NCBI GenBank assembly: GCA_965250005.1
Contig: OZ252279.1
Span: 1,650,001 to 1,682,000 of the forward strand
From: Demequinaceae bacterium
GTDB taxonomy: Bacteria > Actinomycetota > Actinomycetes > Actinomycetales > Demequinaceae
Reading direction: 5' to 3'
Length of the DNA: 32,000 bases
Part shown: positions 23,547 through 32,000 of the stretch, piece by piece
How positions within the stretch are numbered: the stretch's first letter is position 1
How the letters are laid out: every line of letters begins with the position of its first letter
The notes under the pieces: model-generated
What the model was told of the DNA's origin: nothing
Databases searched by the model: none
Seen by the model: the letters and a program-made list of their open reading frames with translations, nothing else
Made by a program: the position numbers and the translations under genes

Positions 23547-25910
23547 ATGCAATCGCACGAAGAAGCGGCCATCGAGTTGGGCAATGACAGCCTGACCATT
23601 GTCGCCGTCATCGCCGTCATCGCGGTGGTTTCCCTCGCCTTCTCATACGTTCTACGCCGGCAAGTGTTGAAGGCACCCGACGGCACCACCAAGATGCAGA
23701 CGATCGCTCAGGCCATTCAGGAGGGCGCGAGCGCGTTCCTGAGTCGCCAGATGCGCACGCTTGTAGTGTTCGCAGCGGTGGTGTTCGGACTCCTGTTCCT
23801 GTTGCCCGCCGAGAACAACGGCATCCTGTGGGGACGGTCAATTGCCTTCCTCTTGGGCGCTGGCTTCAGCGCGGCCATCGGATACCTGGGCATGTGGCTC
23901 GCGGTCCGGGCGAATATTCGTGTCGCCTCGGCGGCGACGCGCGCGAACGGACGCACCGAGGGCGCGCGCATCGCGTTCCGCACGGGCGGTTCTGTTGGAA
24001 TGTCCGTCGTTGGCCTCGGACTCCTAGGCGCAACTTCGGTGGTCCTCATCTTCGGCGGCGACGCCGCGGCAGTTCTCGAGGGCTTCGGATTCGGTGCCGC
24101 GCTACTTGCGATGTTCATGCGAGTGGGTGGCGGAATCTTCACCAAGGCCGCCGACGTGGGTGCGGACCTGGTGGGCAAGGTCGAGCAGCACATCCCGGAG
24201 GACGACCCGCGCAACGCGGCGACCATCGCGGACAACGTTGGAGACAACGTTGGCGACTGCGCCGGTATGGCCGCAGACCTCTTCGAGTCTTACGCGGTGA
24301 TGCTCGTGGCCGCGCTCATCCTGGGCAAGGCCACGTTCGGCGTCGAGGGTCTCGTCTTCCCGCTGATCGTTACGGCGATCGGCGCGATTGTCGCAGCATT
24401 GGGTGTCTACGTCACACGCGTGCGCGAGGGAGAATCGGGGCTGGCCGCGATCAACCGCGGATTCTTCATCTCCGCCGTTGTTGGTGCTGGCCTCGCTGCG
24501 GCCGCTGCCTACAGCTACCTGCCGAGCAGCTTCGATGGCTTCACCGATGGCACGCTCACTGGCCACGGCGGAGACCCCCGCCTGGTGGCGACTATCGCAG
24601 TATTCGTCGGCATCGGCCTCGCAGGCATCATCCTGTGGCTGACTGGCTACTTCACTGACGTCGCGCAGAAGCCAACTATCCGCGTCGCTCGCAGTTCCCT
24701 CACGGGCGCCGCCACGGTGGTTCTGTCTGGCATTGGCCTCGGATTGTCTTCCGCGGTGTACACGGCTACCGTCATCGCTGGCGCCATCGTCATCCTGTTC
24801 TTCGTTTCGGGCGGCGCGGTCTATCTCGCACTCTTCCTCATCGCGCTCGCAGGCTGTGGCCTCCTGACAACGGTCGGCGTAATCGTCGCCATGGACACGT
24901 TCGGCCCCGTGAGCGACAACGCTCAAGGGATTGCCGAGATGTCAGGCGACGTTGACGCGGAGGGCGCGCAGATTCTGACGGACCTCGATGCTGTCGGCAA
25001 TACCACCAAGGCGATCACCAAGGGCATTGCGATCGCCACGGCGGTGCTCGCGGCATCCGCGCTGTTCGGCTCGTACCAGACGTCGGTTGCCGAAGCGCTC
25101 GAGCAGGCTGGCCGCGTTTCGGGTGAGTTCGCCCTCGCGGCGCTGAGCTACTCGGTTGCCTCACCCCTTACGCTTGTCGGCGTGATCATGGGTGGCGCGG
25201 TCGTGTTCCTCTTCTCGGGCCTCGCGATCGATGCGGTCACGCGAGCGGCGAGCACCATCGTGTTCGAGGTGCGCCGCCAGTTCCGCGAGATGCCTGGCAT
25301 CATGACCGGCAAGCAGCGGCCCGACTACGGCCGTGTGGTCGACATTTGCACCCGCGATTCGCTCAAGGAGCTCATCACCCCGGGAGTTCTGGCCGCTACG
25401 GCACCGGTCTTTGTGGGCTTCGCGATGGGCGTGGGTCCGCTCGCGGGCTTCCTCGCGGGCTCGATCGGAACGGGCGTGCTTATGGCCGTGTTCCTGGCGA
25501 ACTCAGGAGGATCGTGGGACAACGCCAAGAAGATTGTCGAGGACGGCCACCACGGCGGCAAGAATTCGCCGGCCCACGAAGCCACCGTCATTGGTGACAC
25601 CATCGGCGACCCGTTCAAGGACACCGCTGGCCCCGCGATCAACCCGCTAATCAAAGTCATGAACCTCGTGGCACTGTTGATCGCTCCTGCGGTGGTGGCC
25701 ATGTCGGTTGGCGACGGCGCTACCTCGTGGCGCTTCGCGGTTGCCGGCCTCGCGGCGGCCGCTGCAGTCTGGGCGGTTGCCCGTGCGTCTGTACGCACAC
25801 ACCGGGACACCATTGCAGAAGAAGTGCCCATGGTTGGTGCCGGGCCCGTGCGTTCTGCCGCCAAGGCTAAGAAGGCGCCTGCGAAGAAGAAGGCGTCCGC
25901 AAAGAAGTGA
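23547..25910 (+). CDS. hppA: K+-independent H+-translocating pyrophosphatase (membrane-bound PPase)
   Basis: An AAGGAGG RBS at 23536-23542 precedes the ATG at 23547; the track's longer ORF is an antisense read-through artefact. Motifs present: GGIFTKAADVGADLVGKVE, DNVGDNVGDCAGMAADLFESY, GGSWDNAKK and GDTIGDPFKDTAGPAINPLIKVMN. GNTTKA (Lys rather than Ala) marks the K+-independent class. The C-terminus is a Lys/Ala-rich tail. Confidence 0.93.
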   Translation: MQSHEEAAIELGNDSLTIVAVIAVIAVVSLAFSYVLRRQVLKAPDGTTKMQTIAQAIQEGASAFLSRQMRTLVVFAAVVFGLLFLLPAENNGILWGRSIAFLLGAGFSAAIGYLGMWLAVRANIRVASAATRANGRTEGARIAFRTGGSVGMSVVGLGLLGATSVVLIFGGDAAAVLEGFGFGAALLAMFMRVGGGIFTKAADVGADLVGKVEQHIPEDDPRNAATIADNVGDNVGDCAGMAADLFESYAVMLVAALILGKATFGVEGLVFPLIVTAIGAIVAALGVYVTRVREGESGLAAINRGFFISAVVGAGLAAAAAYSYLPSSFDGFTDGTLTGHGGDPRLVATIAVFVGIGLAGIILWLTGYFTDVAQKPTIRVARSSLTGAATVVLSGIGLGLSSAVYTATVIAGAIVILFFVSGGAVYLALFLIALAGCGLLTTVGVIVAMDTFGPVSDNAQGIAEMSGDVDAEGAQILTDLDAVGNTTKAITKGIAIATAVLAASALFGSYQTSVAEALEQAGRVSGEFALAALSYSVASPLTLVGVIMGGAVVFLFSGLAIDAVTRAASTIVFEVRRQFREMPGIMTGKQRPDYGRVVDICTRDSLKELITPGVLAATAPVFVGFAMGVGPLAGFLAGSIGTGVLMAVFLANSGGSWDNAKKIVEDGHHGGKNSPAHEATVIGDTIGDPFKDTAGPAINPLIKVMNLVALLIAPAVVAMSVGDGATSWRFAVAGLAAAAAVWAVARASVRTHRDTIAEEVPMVGAGPVRSAAKAKKAPAKKKASAKK

Positions 25911-25913
25911 CCA

Positions 25914-25944
25914 CAGTGGCGGCGACTCGTTGGCGCCGCCACTG
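25914..25944 (+). terminator. Hairpin after hppA
   Basis: CAGTGGCGGCG-9 nt-CGCCGCCACTG forms a perfect 11-bp stem starting 4 nt after the stop. There is no T-tract. Confidence 0.5.
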
Positions 25945-26251
25945 AGTCACGCGGACGCTAGTTCGCGCGCGCCGGAGCCACGAACAACCTACGTGCGCCG
26001 TGATGCCATCCCACGCGTCGGCATGTGCATTGTGTGGTCCGTCGCCGGGCAATGCCGGCGGGTAGGGCGCGCCCGACACGCAGGCCACGGCAATCTCGCG
26101 CCGCTCGCGATCAGGGGACCCGGGACGTGGCCTTGGCGCCAGATTTGAGGCGGTTAATCCACTCTGCGGCGGCCTTTCTGCCCAATTCTTCGGCGGCGGA
26201 CGGAGCCATGCGGGACTTTGGTCCCGGGTTGCCCTCGCGACACCGGAGTAA

Positions 26252-26298
26252 ACACTACATGTAGGGGCGGATGGGATATTCGACACTAGATGTTGTGT
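26252..26298 (+). promoter_or_regulatory. Two tandem NrdR boxes upstream of nrdDG
   Basis: ACACTACATGTAGGGG (26252-26267) and ACACTAGATGTTGTGT (26283-26298) compare with the NrdR consensus acaCwAtATaTwGtgt; the second matches 14 of 16 positions. Their starts are 31 bp apart, about three helical turns, which is the usual tandem arrangement. Confidence 0.65.
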
Positions 26299-26340
26299 TG
26301 CTGGTCCGCTTTTAGTCCAAGACACCTAAGAGAAGGGCCA

Positions 26341-28164
26341 ATGATGGTCGCCAACCCCGTAGTCAACGTCGAATCCTCCGTGGAGGAGTACCTGGACCGG
26401 CGCGATTGGCGCGTCAACGCCAACGCCAACCAGGGCTACTCGCTTGGCGGGCTGATTCTCAATACGTCGGGCAAGGTGATAGCCAACTACTGGCTGAGCC
26501 ACGTGTATGCGCCCGAGGCTGGCGAAGCGCACCGCAACGGCGACATCCACATTCACGACCTCGACATGTTCTCGGGGTACTGTGCGGGCTGGTCGCTGCG
26601 CACGCTGCTCGCCGAGGGCTTCAACGGCGTGCCCGGCAAGGTCGAGGCAAGCCCGGCAAAACATTTCTCGAGCGCTGTCGGCCAGATCGTCAACTTCCTT
26701 GGCACGCTCCAGAACGAGTGGGCCGGCGCGCAGGCGTTCAGTTCGTTCGACACTTACATGGCGCCGTTCATCCGCTACGAAGGCTTGGGCTACCGCGAGG
26801 TCCGCCAGGGGATACAGGAGCTCATCTATAACCTCAACGTCCCGTCACGGTGGGGTACCCAGACGCCGTTCACCAACCTCACGTTCGATTGGACCTGCCC
26901 AGAGGACTTGCGCGACCAGCACCCCAATATCGCGGGCCGCGAAATGGACTTCACCTACGGAAAGCTCCAGTACGAGATGGACATGATCAATCGGGCGTAC
27001 ATCGACGTGATGACCACAGGTGACGCGGCGGGCCGCGTCTTCACATTCCCCATCCCGACCTATAACATCACCAAGGACTTCGACTGGGATTCGGAAAACG
27101 CGGATCTGCTGTTCGAGATGACCGCGAAGTACGGGCTACCGTATTTCCAGAACTTCATCAGTTCGGACCTCGAGCCGCACATGGTGCGCTCGATGTGCTG
27201 CCGTCTCCAGTTGGACCTGCGCGAACTCGTCAAGCGTGGCAACGGGCTGTTTGGCTCGGCGGAGCAGACCGGCTCGATAGGGGTCGTCACCGTGAACTGC
27301 GCGCGGCTGGGTTACACCTACGCTGGAGACCGCCCGGGCCTCTATGCGCAGTTCGACAGGCTGATCGACATCGCGGTCGGCACGCTAGAGGTCAAGCGAA
27401 CGGTAATCCAGAAGGGTATCGACGAGGGGCTCTTTCCCTACACGCGTCGCTACCTGGGGACACTGCGAAACCACTTCTCCACCATCGGCGTCAATGGGAT
27501 CAACGAGATGGTCCGGAACTTCACGGGCGACGAGCACGACATCACAACACCCGAGGGTCTGTTAATCGCGTCGGAATTGCTCGATCACGTGCGCGATCGC
27601 ATGATCGATGTACAGGAATCCACGGGCCACATGTACAACCTTGAGGCCACTCCGGCTGAAGGAACCACGTACCGGTTCGCGAAAGAAGACAAGCGCCGGT
27701 ACCCTGAGATCCTCCAGGCGGGAACTACCGAACAGCCGTACTACACGAACTCGTCGCAACTGCCGGTGGGCTTCACCGAGGACCCGTTTGAGGCCGTCGA
27801 GCGCCAGGAGGGGCTGCAGTCCAAGTACACGGGCGGAACGGTCCTGCACCTCTACATGGGGGAGCGCGTCTCAAGCGCCGACGCATGCAAGGAACTGGTG
27901 CGCCGGACGCTCACGACGGCGCGGTTGCCGTACATCACGGTCACGCCAACCTTCTCGATTTGCCCGCAGCACGGCTACCTGCCGGGGGAGCAGCCCACGT
28001 GTGCGCTGTGCGCGGCCGAATTCCCCGACCGCGAGCCGCAAATGTGCGAGATCTGGACGCGCGTCATGGGCTATCACCGGCCCGTGTCGTCATTCAACAT
28101 CGGCAAGAAGGGCGAGCACGCCGAGCGCGTGCACTTCAAAGAGGAGGCGGCAATTCTGGCATGA
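26341..28164 (+). CDS. nrdD: Anaerobic (class III) ribonucleoside-triphosphate reductase
   Basis: I moved the start to the ATG at 26341. The NrdD core motifs, the C-terminal Cys cluster CPQHGY...CALC and the glycyl-radical region TRVMGYHRPV are present. It is coupled to nrdG by ATGA. Confidence 0.92.
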   Translation: MMVANPVVNVESSVEEYLDRRDWRVNANANQGYSLGGLILNTSGKVIANYWLSHVYAPEAGEAHRNGDIHIHDLDMFSGYCAGWSLRTLLAEGFNGVPGKVEASPAKHFSSAVGQIVNFLGTLQNEWAGAQAFSSFDTYMAPFIRYEGLGYREVRQGIQELIYNLNVPSRWGTQTPFTNLTFDWTCPEDLRDQHPNIAGREMDFTYGKLQYEMDMINRAYIDVMTTGDAAGRVFTFPIPTYNITKDFDWDSENADLLFEMTAKYGLPYFQNFISSDLEPHMVRSMCCRLQLDLRELVKRGNGLFGSAEQTGSIGVVTVNCARLGYTYAGDRPGLYAQFDRLIDIAVGTLEVKRTVIQKGIDEGLFPYTRRYLGTLRNHFSTIGVNGINEMVRNFTGDEHDITTPEGLLIASELLDHVRDRMIDVQESTGHMYNLEATPAEGTTYRFAKEDKRRYPEILQAGTTEQPYYTNSSQLPVGFTEDPFEAVERQEGLQSKYTGGTVLHLYMGERVSSADACKELVRRTLTTARLPYITVTPTFSICPQHGYLPGEQPTCALCAAEFPDREPQMCEIWTRVMGYHRPVSSFNIGKKGEHAERVHFKEEAAILA

Positions 28165-28889
28165 CAGTCAAGAACCCCACGGGTGCCGCTCCGCCGCACG
28201 CGGACTCGCTCGCGATCGCGGGGTTCACGCCGTTCTCGACCGTCGACTGGCCGGGGAAGTTAGCAGCGACAGTGTTTCTTCAGGGTTGCCCGTGGCGGTG
28301 CGGCTACTGCCAGAATCCCGGGCTCATGGACCCGCGCGCGCCAGGAACGGTGCCGTGGTCGCGAGTGTCGCGGTTACTTGAGCGGCGCCGGGGCAAACTT
28401 GACGCAGTGGTCTTCTCCGGCGGCGAGCCCACCCGCCAGGGCGCGCTGACCGATGCCGTGGATCAGGCGCGCGAGCTGGGCTTCAAGGTGGGCCTGCACA
28501 CATCGGGCGCCTACCCTGAGCGGCTGCGCGAACTGCTTCGGATGCTCGACTGGGTGGCGCTCGACATCAAGGCACCGCGATCGCGGTACCCCTTGGTGGC
28601 GGGCGCGGCCGCGGCGGGGGAACGCGCGTGGCGGTCGCTCCGCTATGTCGTGGATTCGGGAGTTGACCACGAGATTCGGACCACCGTCGACCCTGTGACG
28701 CTCACGCGAGCAGATGTGACCCAGTTGGCCGGTGCCGTGGTGCGCGCCGGAGCGAATGCGCCTGTTTTGCAGGAGGCGAGAGCTGACGGAACGCTACCGG
28801 GCTACGCGGCTCAACTCGGGCCAGCGACGCTCGACTCCGTTGTACCGCGCACCGTGCTTCCGCATCTCGAACGGCGCTATGCGCACTAG
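28161..28889 (+). CDS. nrdG: Anaerobic RNR activating enzyme (radical SAM)
   Basis: The ATG at 28161 overlaps the nrdD stop. The radical-SAM cluster CPWRCGYCQN and the SAM-binding segment VVFSGGEP are present. Confidence 0.88.
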   Translation: MTVKNPTGAAPPHADSLAIAGFTPFSTVDWPGKLAATVFLQGCPWRCGYCQNPGLMDPRAPGTVPWSRVSRLLERRRGKLDAVVFSGGEPTRQGALTDAVDQARELGFKVGLHTSGAYPERLRELLRMLDWVALDIKAPRSRYPLVAGAAAAGERAWRSLRYVVDSGVDHEIRTTVDPVTLTRADVTQLAGAVVRAGANAPVLQEARADGTLPGYAAQLGPATLDSVVPRTVLPHLERRYAH

Positions 28890-28940
28890 TGTCCCAGGCC
28901 TCCGAGCCCTCGCCGCTACTCACTCTGCCGCTCCGCTGGT

Positions 28941-28969
28941 TTGCGCGAATTGCCACTAGTGCGTATATC
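28941..28969 (+). promoter_or_regulatory. Possible sigma-A type promoter for topA
   Basis: TTGCGC, then a 17-nt spacer, then TATATC, about 50 nt upstream of the topA ATG. The -10 element is imperfect. Confidence 0.25.
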
Positions 28970-29021
28970 CTGCGCGAGTCGCCCCTCATCTGGGGCCTCC
29001 CGATCTGAGGAAGCAGGATTC

Positions 29022-31712
29022 ATGGCCGCCGGCCGCAAACTCGTCATTGTTGAGTCGCCTACTAAGGCGCGCACGATCGGTGGACTCCTGGGTCCCGATT
29101 ACGATGTTGTCTCCTCCGTTGGCCACATCCGGGACCTTCCGCAGCCGTCGCAACTGCCTGCGGACAAGCGCGAGGGATCGCTCGGCAAATTCGCTGTCGA
29201 CGTCGAGAGTGGCTTCGAGCCGTACTACGTGATCTCGGCTGACAAGAAGAAGATTGTCAGCGACATGAAGAAGAGGCTAAAAGACGCGTCCGAGGTCCTG
29301 CTCGCAACCGATGAAGACCGCGAGGGCGAGGCCATCGCGTGGCACCTCCTCGAGGTACTCAAGCCCAAGGTAGAGGTCAAGAGGCTCGCGTTTCACGAGA
29401 TCACGCCCGAAGGAATCGAGCGCGCGCTTGCCAGCCCGCGCGACGTTGACATGGAACTGGTGGAGGCTCAAGAAGCCCGCCGCGTGCTCGACCGCATCTA
29501 CGGCTACGAGGTTTCCCCGGTGCTGTGGCGCAAGGTGGGACCAGGCCTGAGCGCTGGCCGCGTGCAGTCCATCGCACTACGGCTGATCGTTGACCGCGAG
29601 CGCGAGCGCATGGCCTTCACCACCGCTGAGTACTGGGATCTGCAAGCCACGTTCGCGGCAAACTCCGGGCCCGATGCGGGGAACACGTTCGACGCTAAGC
29701 TCACCACCGTCGACGGCAAACGTGTCGCCACCGGCCGTGACTTTGACGACAAGGGTCAGCTCGAGGGCGACAAGGTCACCCACATCACCGCCGCAACCGC
29801 AGGAGCGCTCGCGTCGGGCCTTGCGTCCGCCGACTTCAGTGTCGCCGCCGTCGAGTCCAAGCCGTACACGCGGCGCCCTGCGGCGCCCTTCATCACTTCC
29901 ACGCTGATCCAGGAGGCCAGCCGAAAGCTGCGCCTGGGAGCGCGCGACGCGATGCGCGTGGCGCAAGGGCTGTACGAGCGCGGTTACATCACCTATATGC
30001 GGACCGATTCCCCGGTGTTGTCGGGAGAGGCCGTCCGCGCCGCGCGCGCCCAGGCAGCAGATCTGTACGGTGCGGAAACGGTGGCCGACAAGCCCCGCGA
30101 GTACACGTCTAAGGACACCAGTGCCCAAGAGGCGCACGAAGCCATCCGACCCGCTGGCGACTCGTTCAAGACGCCCGACCAGATCAAGAGTGACCTGCGC
30201 GGCGACGAATTCCGCCTTTACGACCTGATCTGGAAGCGCACGCTCGCCAGCCAAATGAAGGACGCCAAGGGCACCACTTCCACGCTGCGCATCGGCGCGA
30301 CGACCGCGGCGCATCATGCTGTCGAGTTTTCCGCGTCCGGAACGATCATCACGTTCCTCGGCTTCCTCGCGGCCTATGAGGAATCCAAAGACAAGTCGCG
30401 GTACGACGACGACGACGCGCCAGCCGCCAAGAACAAGGACGACTCGCGCCTGCCCCAACTGGAGCAGGGCGCTGCCGTGACAGCGGCCGAGCTCGAGCCA
30501 GTCACGCACGCGACAACGCCGCCCCCGCGTTTCACGCAGGGCTCCATGATCAAGGAACTTGAGGACCGCAAGTTCGGGCGCCCGTCTACGTACGCGGCGA
30601 CCGTGGACCTCGTCATCGCGCGCGAGTACGTTCGCGTAGACAAGCAGGCGCTCGTTCCCGAGTGGATCGCATTCTCGATTGTGGGCCTCCTTGAGAAGCA
30701 CTTCGACTGGCTGATCGACTACGACTTCACCGCCGACATGGAGGCGGGCCTCGACCGCATCGCGGCCGGCGAACTCGCATCTGTTGACTGGCTCGGCAAG
30801 TTCTACCTGGGCGAAGGAACGGACGAGCACGGCCGCGGCGAGGGCCTAAAGCACTTGGTCGAGGACTTGGGCGACATTGACGCCCGCGCCATCAACACAT
30901 TCGAGATTGGCGAGGGCATTGACCTGCGCGTCGGCCGCTTTGGGCCGTATGTGGAGCGCCTAGTGGATGGCGAGCCGCAGCGCGCGTCGGTCCCTCCGGA
31001 CATGGCCCCCGACGAGTTGAACGTGAAGAACGCGATCGAAATGCTCGAGACTCAGGGTCAGGACGAGCGCGAGCTTGGCACCCATCCCGAGACCGAACTG
31101 CCGATTATCGCGAAGGCCGGACGCTTCGGCCCCTACGTCACCGAGGTGCTTCCCGAGGACTCCAAGGCGAAGCCCAAGACCGCCTCGCTGTTCAAGTCGA
31201 TGCAGCTGGAGACGCTCACACTCGAGGACGCGGTAGTTCTCATGTCCTTGCCGCGTGTGGTGGGCCGGGACCCGGAGTCCGAGGATGACATCACCGCGCA
31301 GAATGGCCGCTACGGCCCGTACCTGAAGAAGGGCACGGACTCGCGTTCGCTAGAGACCGAGGAGCAGCTGCTGACGGTGACTCTTGAGGAAGCGCTCGCG
31401 ATCTACGCGCAGCCCAAGCGCGGCCGTGGGCGTCCCGTGGCCCCGCCGCTCAAGGAATTGGGCGTGGACCCAAGTAACGAGAAGCCGATAGTCATCAAGG
31501 CCGGCCGCTTTGGTGAGTACATCACCGACGGCGAAACCAACGTGACGATTCCGCGTGGCGAGACTGTCGAAGAGATGGATCACGAGCGCGCGGTCGAACT
31601 GCTCGCCGACAAGCGCGCCAAAGGGCCGGCGAAGAAGAAGCGCCGCGCTCCGGCGAAGAAGAAGCCTGCCGTAAAGAAGGCTGCCGCGAAGAAAGCGGCG
31701 CCCAAGGAGTAG
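29022..31712 (+). CDS. topA: DNA topoisomerase I (actinobacterial type: Cys-less C-terminal domain with a basic tail)
   Basis: I moved the start to the ATG at 29022 (MAAGRKLVIVESPTKARTIGG, Toprim). Also present are DEDREGEAIAWH and the active-site region ITYMRTDS. Repeated GRFGPY/GRYGPY/GRFGEY C-terminal modules lack zinc-finger cysteines. The tail is KKKRRAPAKKKPAVKKAAAKKAAPKE. Confidence 0.95.
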   Translation: MAAGRKLVIVESPTKARTIGGLLGPDYDVVSSVGHIRDLPQPSQLPADKREGSLGKFAVDVESGFEPYYVISADKKKIVSDMKKRLKDASEVLLATDEDREGEAIAWHLLEVLKPKVEVKRLAFHEITPEGIERALASPRDVDMELVEAQEARRVLDRIYGYEVSPVLWRKVGPGLSAGRVQSIALRLIVDRERERMAFTTAEYWDLQATFAANSGPDAGNTFDAKLTTVDGKRVATGRDFDDKGQLEGDKVTHITAATAGALASGLASADFSVAAVESKPYTRRPAAPFITSTLIQEASRKLRLGARDAMRVAQGLYERGYITYMRTDSPVLSGEAVRAARAQAADLYGAETVADKPREYTSKDTSAQEAHEAIRPAGDSFKTPDQIKSDLRGDEFRLYDLIWKRTLASQMKDAKGTTSTLRIGATTAAHHAVEFSASGTIITFLGFLAAYEESKDKSRYDDDDAPAAKNKDDSRLPQLEQGAAVTAAELEPVTHATTPPPRFTQGSMIKELEDRKFGRPSTYAATVDLVIAREYVRVDKQALVPEWIAFSIVGLLEKHFDWLIDYDFTADMEAGLDRIAAGELASVDWLGKFYLGEGTDEHGRGEGLKHLVEDLGDIDARAINTFEIGEGIDLRVGRFGPYVERLVDGEPQRASVPPDMAPDELNVKNAIEMLETQGQDERELGTHPETELPIIAKAGRFGPYVTEVLPEDSKAKPKTASLFKSMQLETLTLEDAVVLMSLPRVVGRDPESEDDITAQNGRYGPYLKKGTDSRSLETEEQLLTVTLEEALAIYAQPKRGRGRPVAPPLKELGVDPSNEKPIVIKAGRFGEYITDGETNVTIPRGETVEEMDHERAVELLADKRAKGPAKKKRRAPAKKKPAVKKAAAKKAAPKE

Positions 31713-31852
31713 GGGCGCCGAAGACGCAACGTACCGTCCCGTTGGCCTCACTCCACCCCCGAGGACTGTGGGGCGGCGTATGTATTGTTCTCAGCAAACT
31801 CCCAGGGTGCCGTGGTCTAGTTTCACTAGGCCCGCAACCGATGGAGGCGCAC

Positions 31853-32000
31853 ATGCAGAAGTTTTCGCCCGTGAAACGCCGGGCGCCATCGCCTCGGCGC
31901 GCACGCCGTCGCGCGGTCGCCGTTGGGTATGCAGCGATCACGGTGGTCGTTTTTGCCGCAGGTTGCGGCGCAGTCCAGTCCGCCGCGTCAGCGTCCGAGC
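31853..32000 (+). CDS. Start of a putative lipoprotein gene (runs off the window)
   Basis: A GGAGG RBS lies 6 nt upstream of the ATG at 31853. The open frame reads MQKFSPVKRRAPSPRRARRRAVAVGYAAITVVVFAAGCGAVQSAASASE: a basic n-region, a hydrophobic core and the lipobox-like AAGC. It is not in the ORF track because it has no stop. Confidence 0.5.
   Translation, partial: MQKFSPVKRRAPSPRRARRRAVAVGYAAITVVVFAAGCGAVQSAASASE

Noticed and set aside
26140-26240. Possible cobalamin riboswitch, suggested by GGTTAATCCACTCTGCGGCGG, which recalls the GGTGAAAATCC...GC core.
   Set aside because: No B12 box (AGYCMGGAGACCKGCC-like) and no GCCACTG element follow in the right place. Class III RNR operons are also not typical B12-riboswitch targets.
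25867-26325. A minus-strand 152-aa ORF, and plus-strand ORFs at 25708..26148 and 26025..26264, in the hppA-nrdD gap.
   Set aside because: They are Arg/Pro/Ser-rich low-complexity translations with no RBS or motifs, and they overlap one another. I treat the region as non-coding.
29577-30830. A minus-strand 417-aa ORF.
   Set aside because: It lies antisense to the unambiguous topA frame and has an Arg/Gly-rich artefact composition.
1-32000. Scan for CRISPR arrays, IS elements or transposases, integrases, tRNA/rRNA genes, and toxin-antitoxin or defence-system signatures.
   Set aside because: I saw no direct-repeat/spacer periodicity, no DDE or tyrosine-recombinase-like ORFs, no tRNA-like cloverleaf candidates in the intergenic gaps, and no nuclease or ATPase defence motifs.

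Overview
High-GC actinobacterial chromosome, possibly Micrococcales-like (organism not identifiable from sequence alone), densely coding on both strands.

Gene order: ppk (3' end cut by the window edge), dodecin, an ABC-2 exporter pair, a cupredoxin lipoprotein, a CASTOR/POLLUX-like RCK channel, acs, two small tandem paralogs, an acyltransferase-3, an MFS transporter, a secreted SGNH hydrolase and a HAD-IB hydrolase. Next comes an actinobacterial tad-like pilus operon: TadA ATPase, a fused TadB/C platform protein, a Flp-like pilin and two TadE-like proteins. After that lies an accessory-looking minus-strand cluster at about 17.6-23.4 kb, then hppA, NrdR boxes with nrdDG, topA, and the start of a lipoprotein gene.

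As I recall it, the acs / HAD / tad / topA order parallels M. tuberculosis Rv3667 to Rv3646c.

The most interesting region is the 17.6-23.4 kb cluster. It holds two paralogous ECF sigma factors, each overlapping by 4 nt a single-pass membrane protein with only about 40 cytoplasmic residues and a large ectodomain I cannot assign to a family. A third, sigma-less unit encodes a paralog of one of those membrane proteins. That unit lies between terminator-like hairpins and follows a block resembling the one upstream of the sigma gene. Two of the membrane proteins share a nine-cysteine, Tyr/Trp-rich ectodomain; the third contains an internal two-cysteine domain duplication.

I found no tRNA, rRNA, CRISPR array, IS element or integrase. 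All homology calls come from motif recognition by eye, not from database searches.
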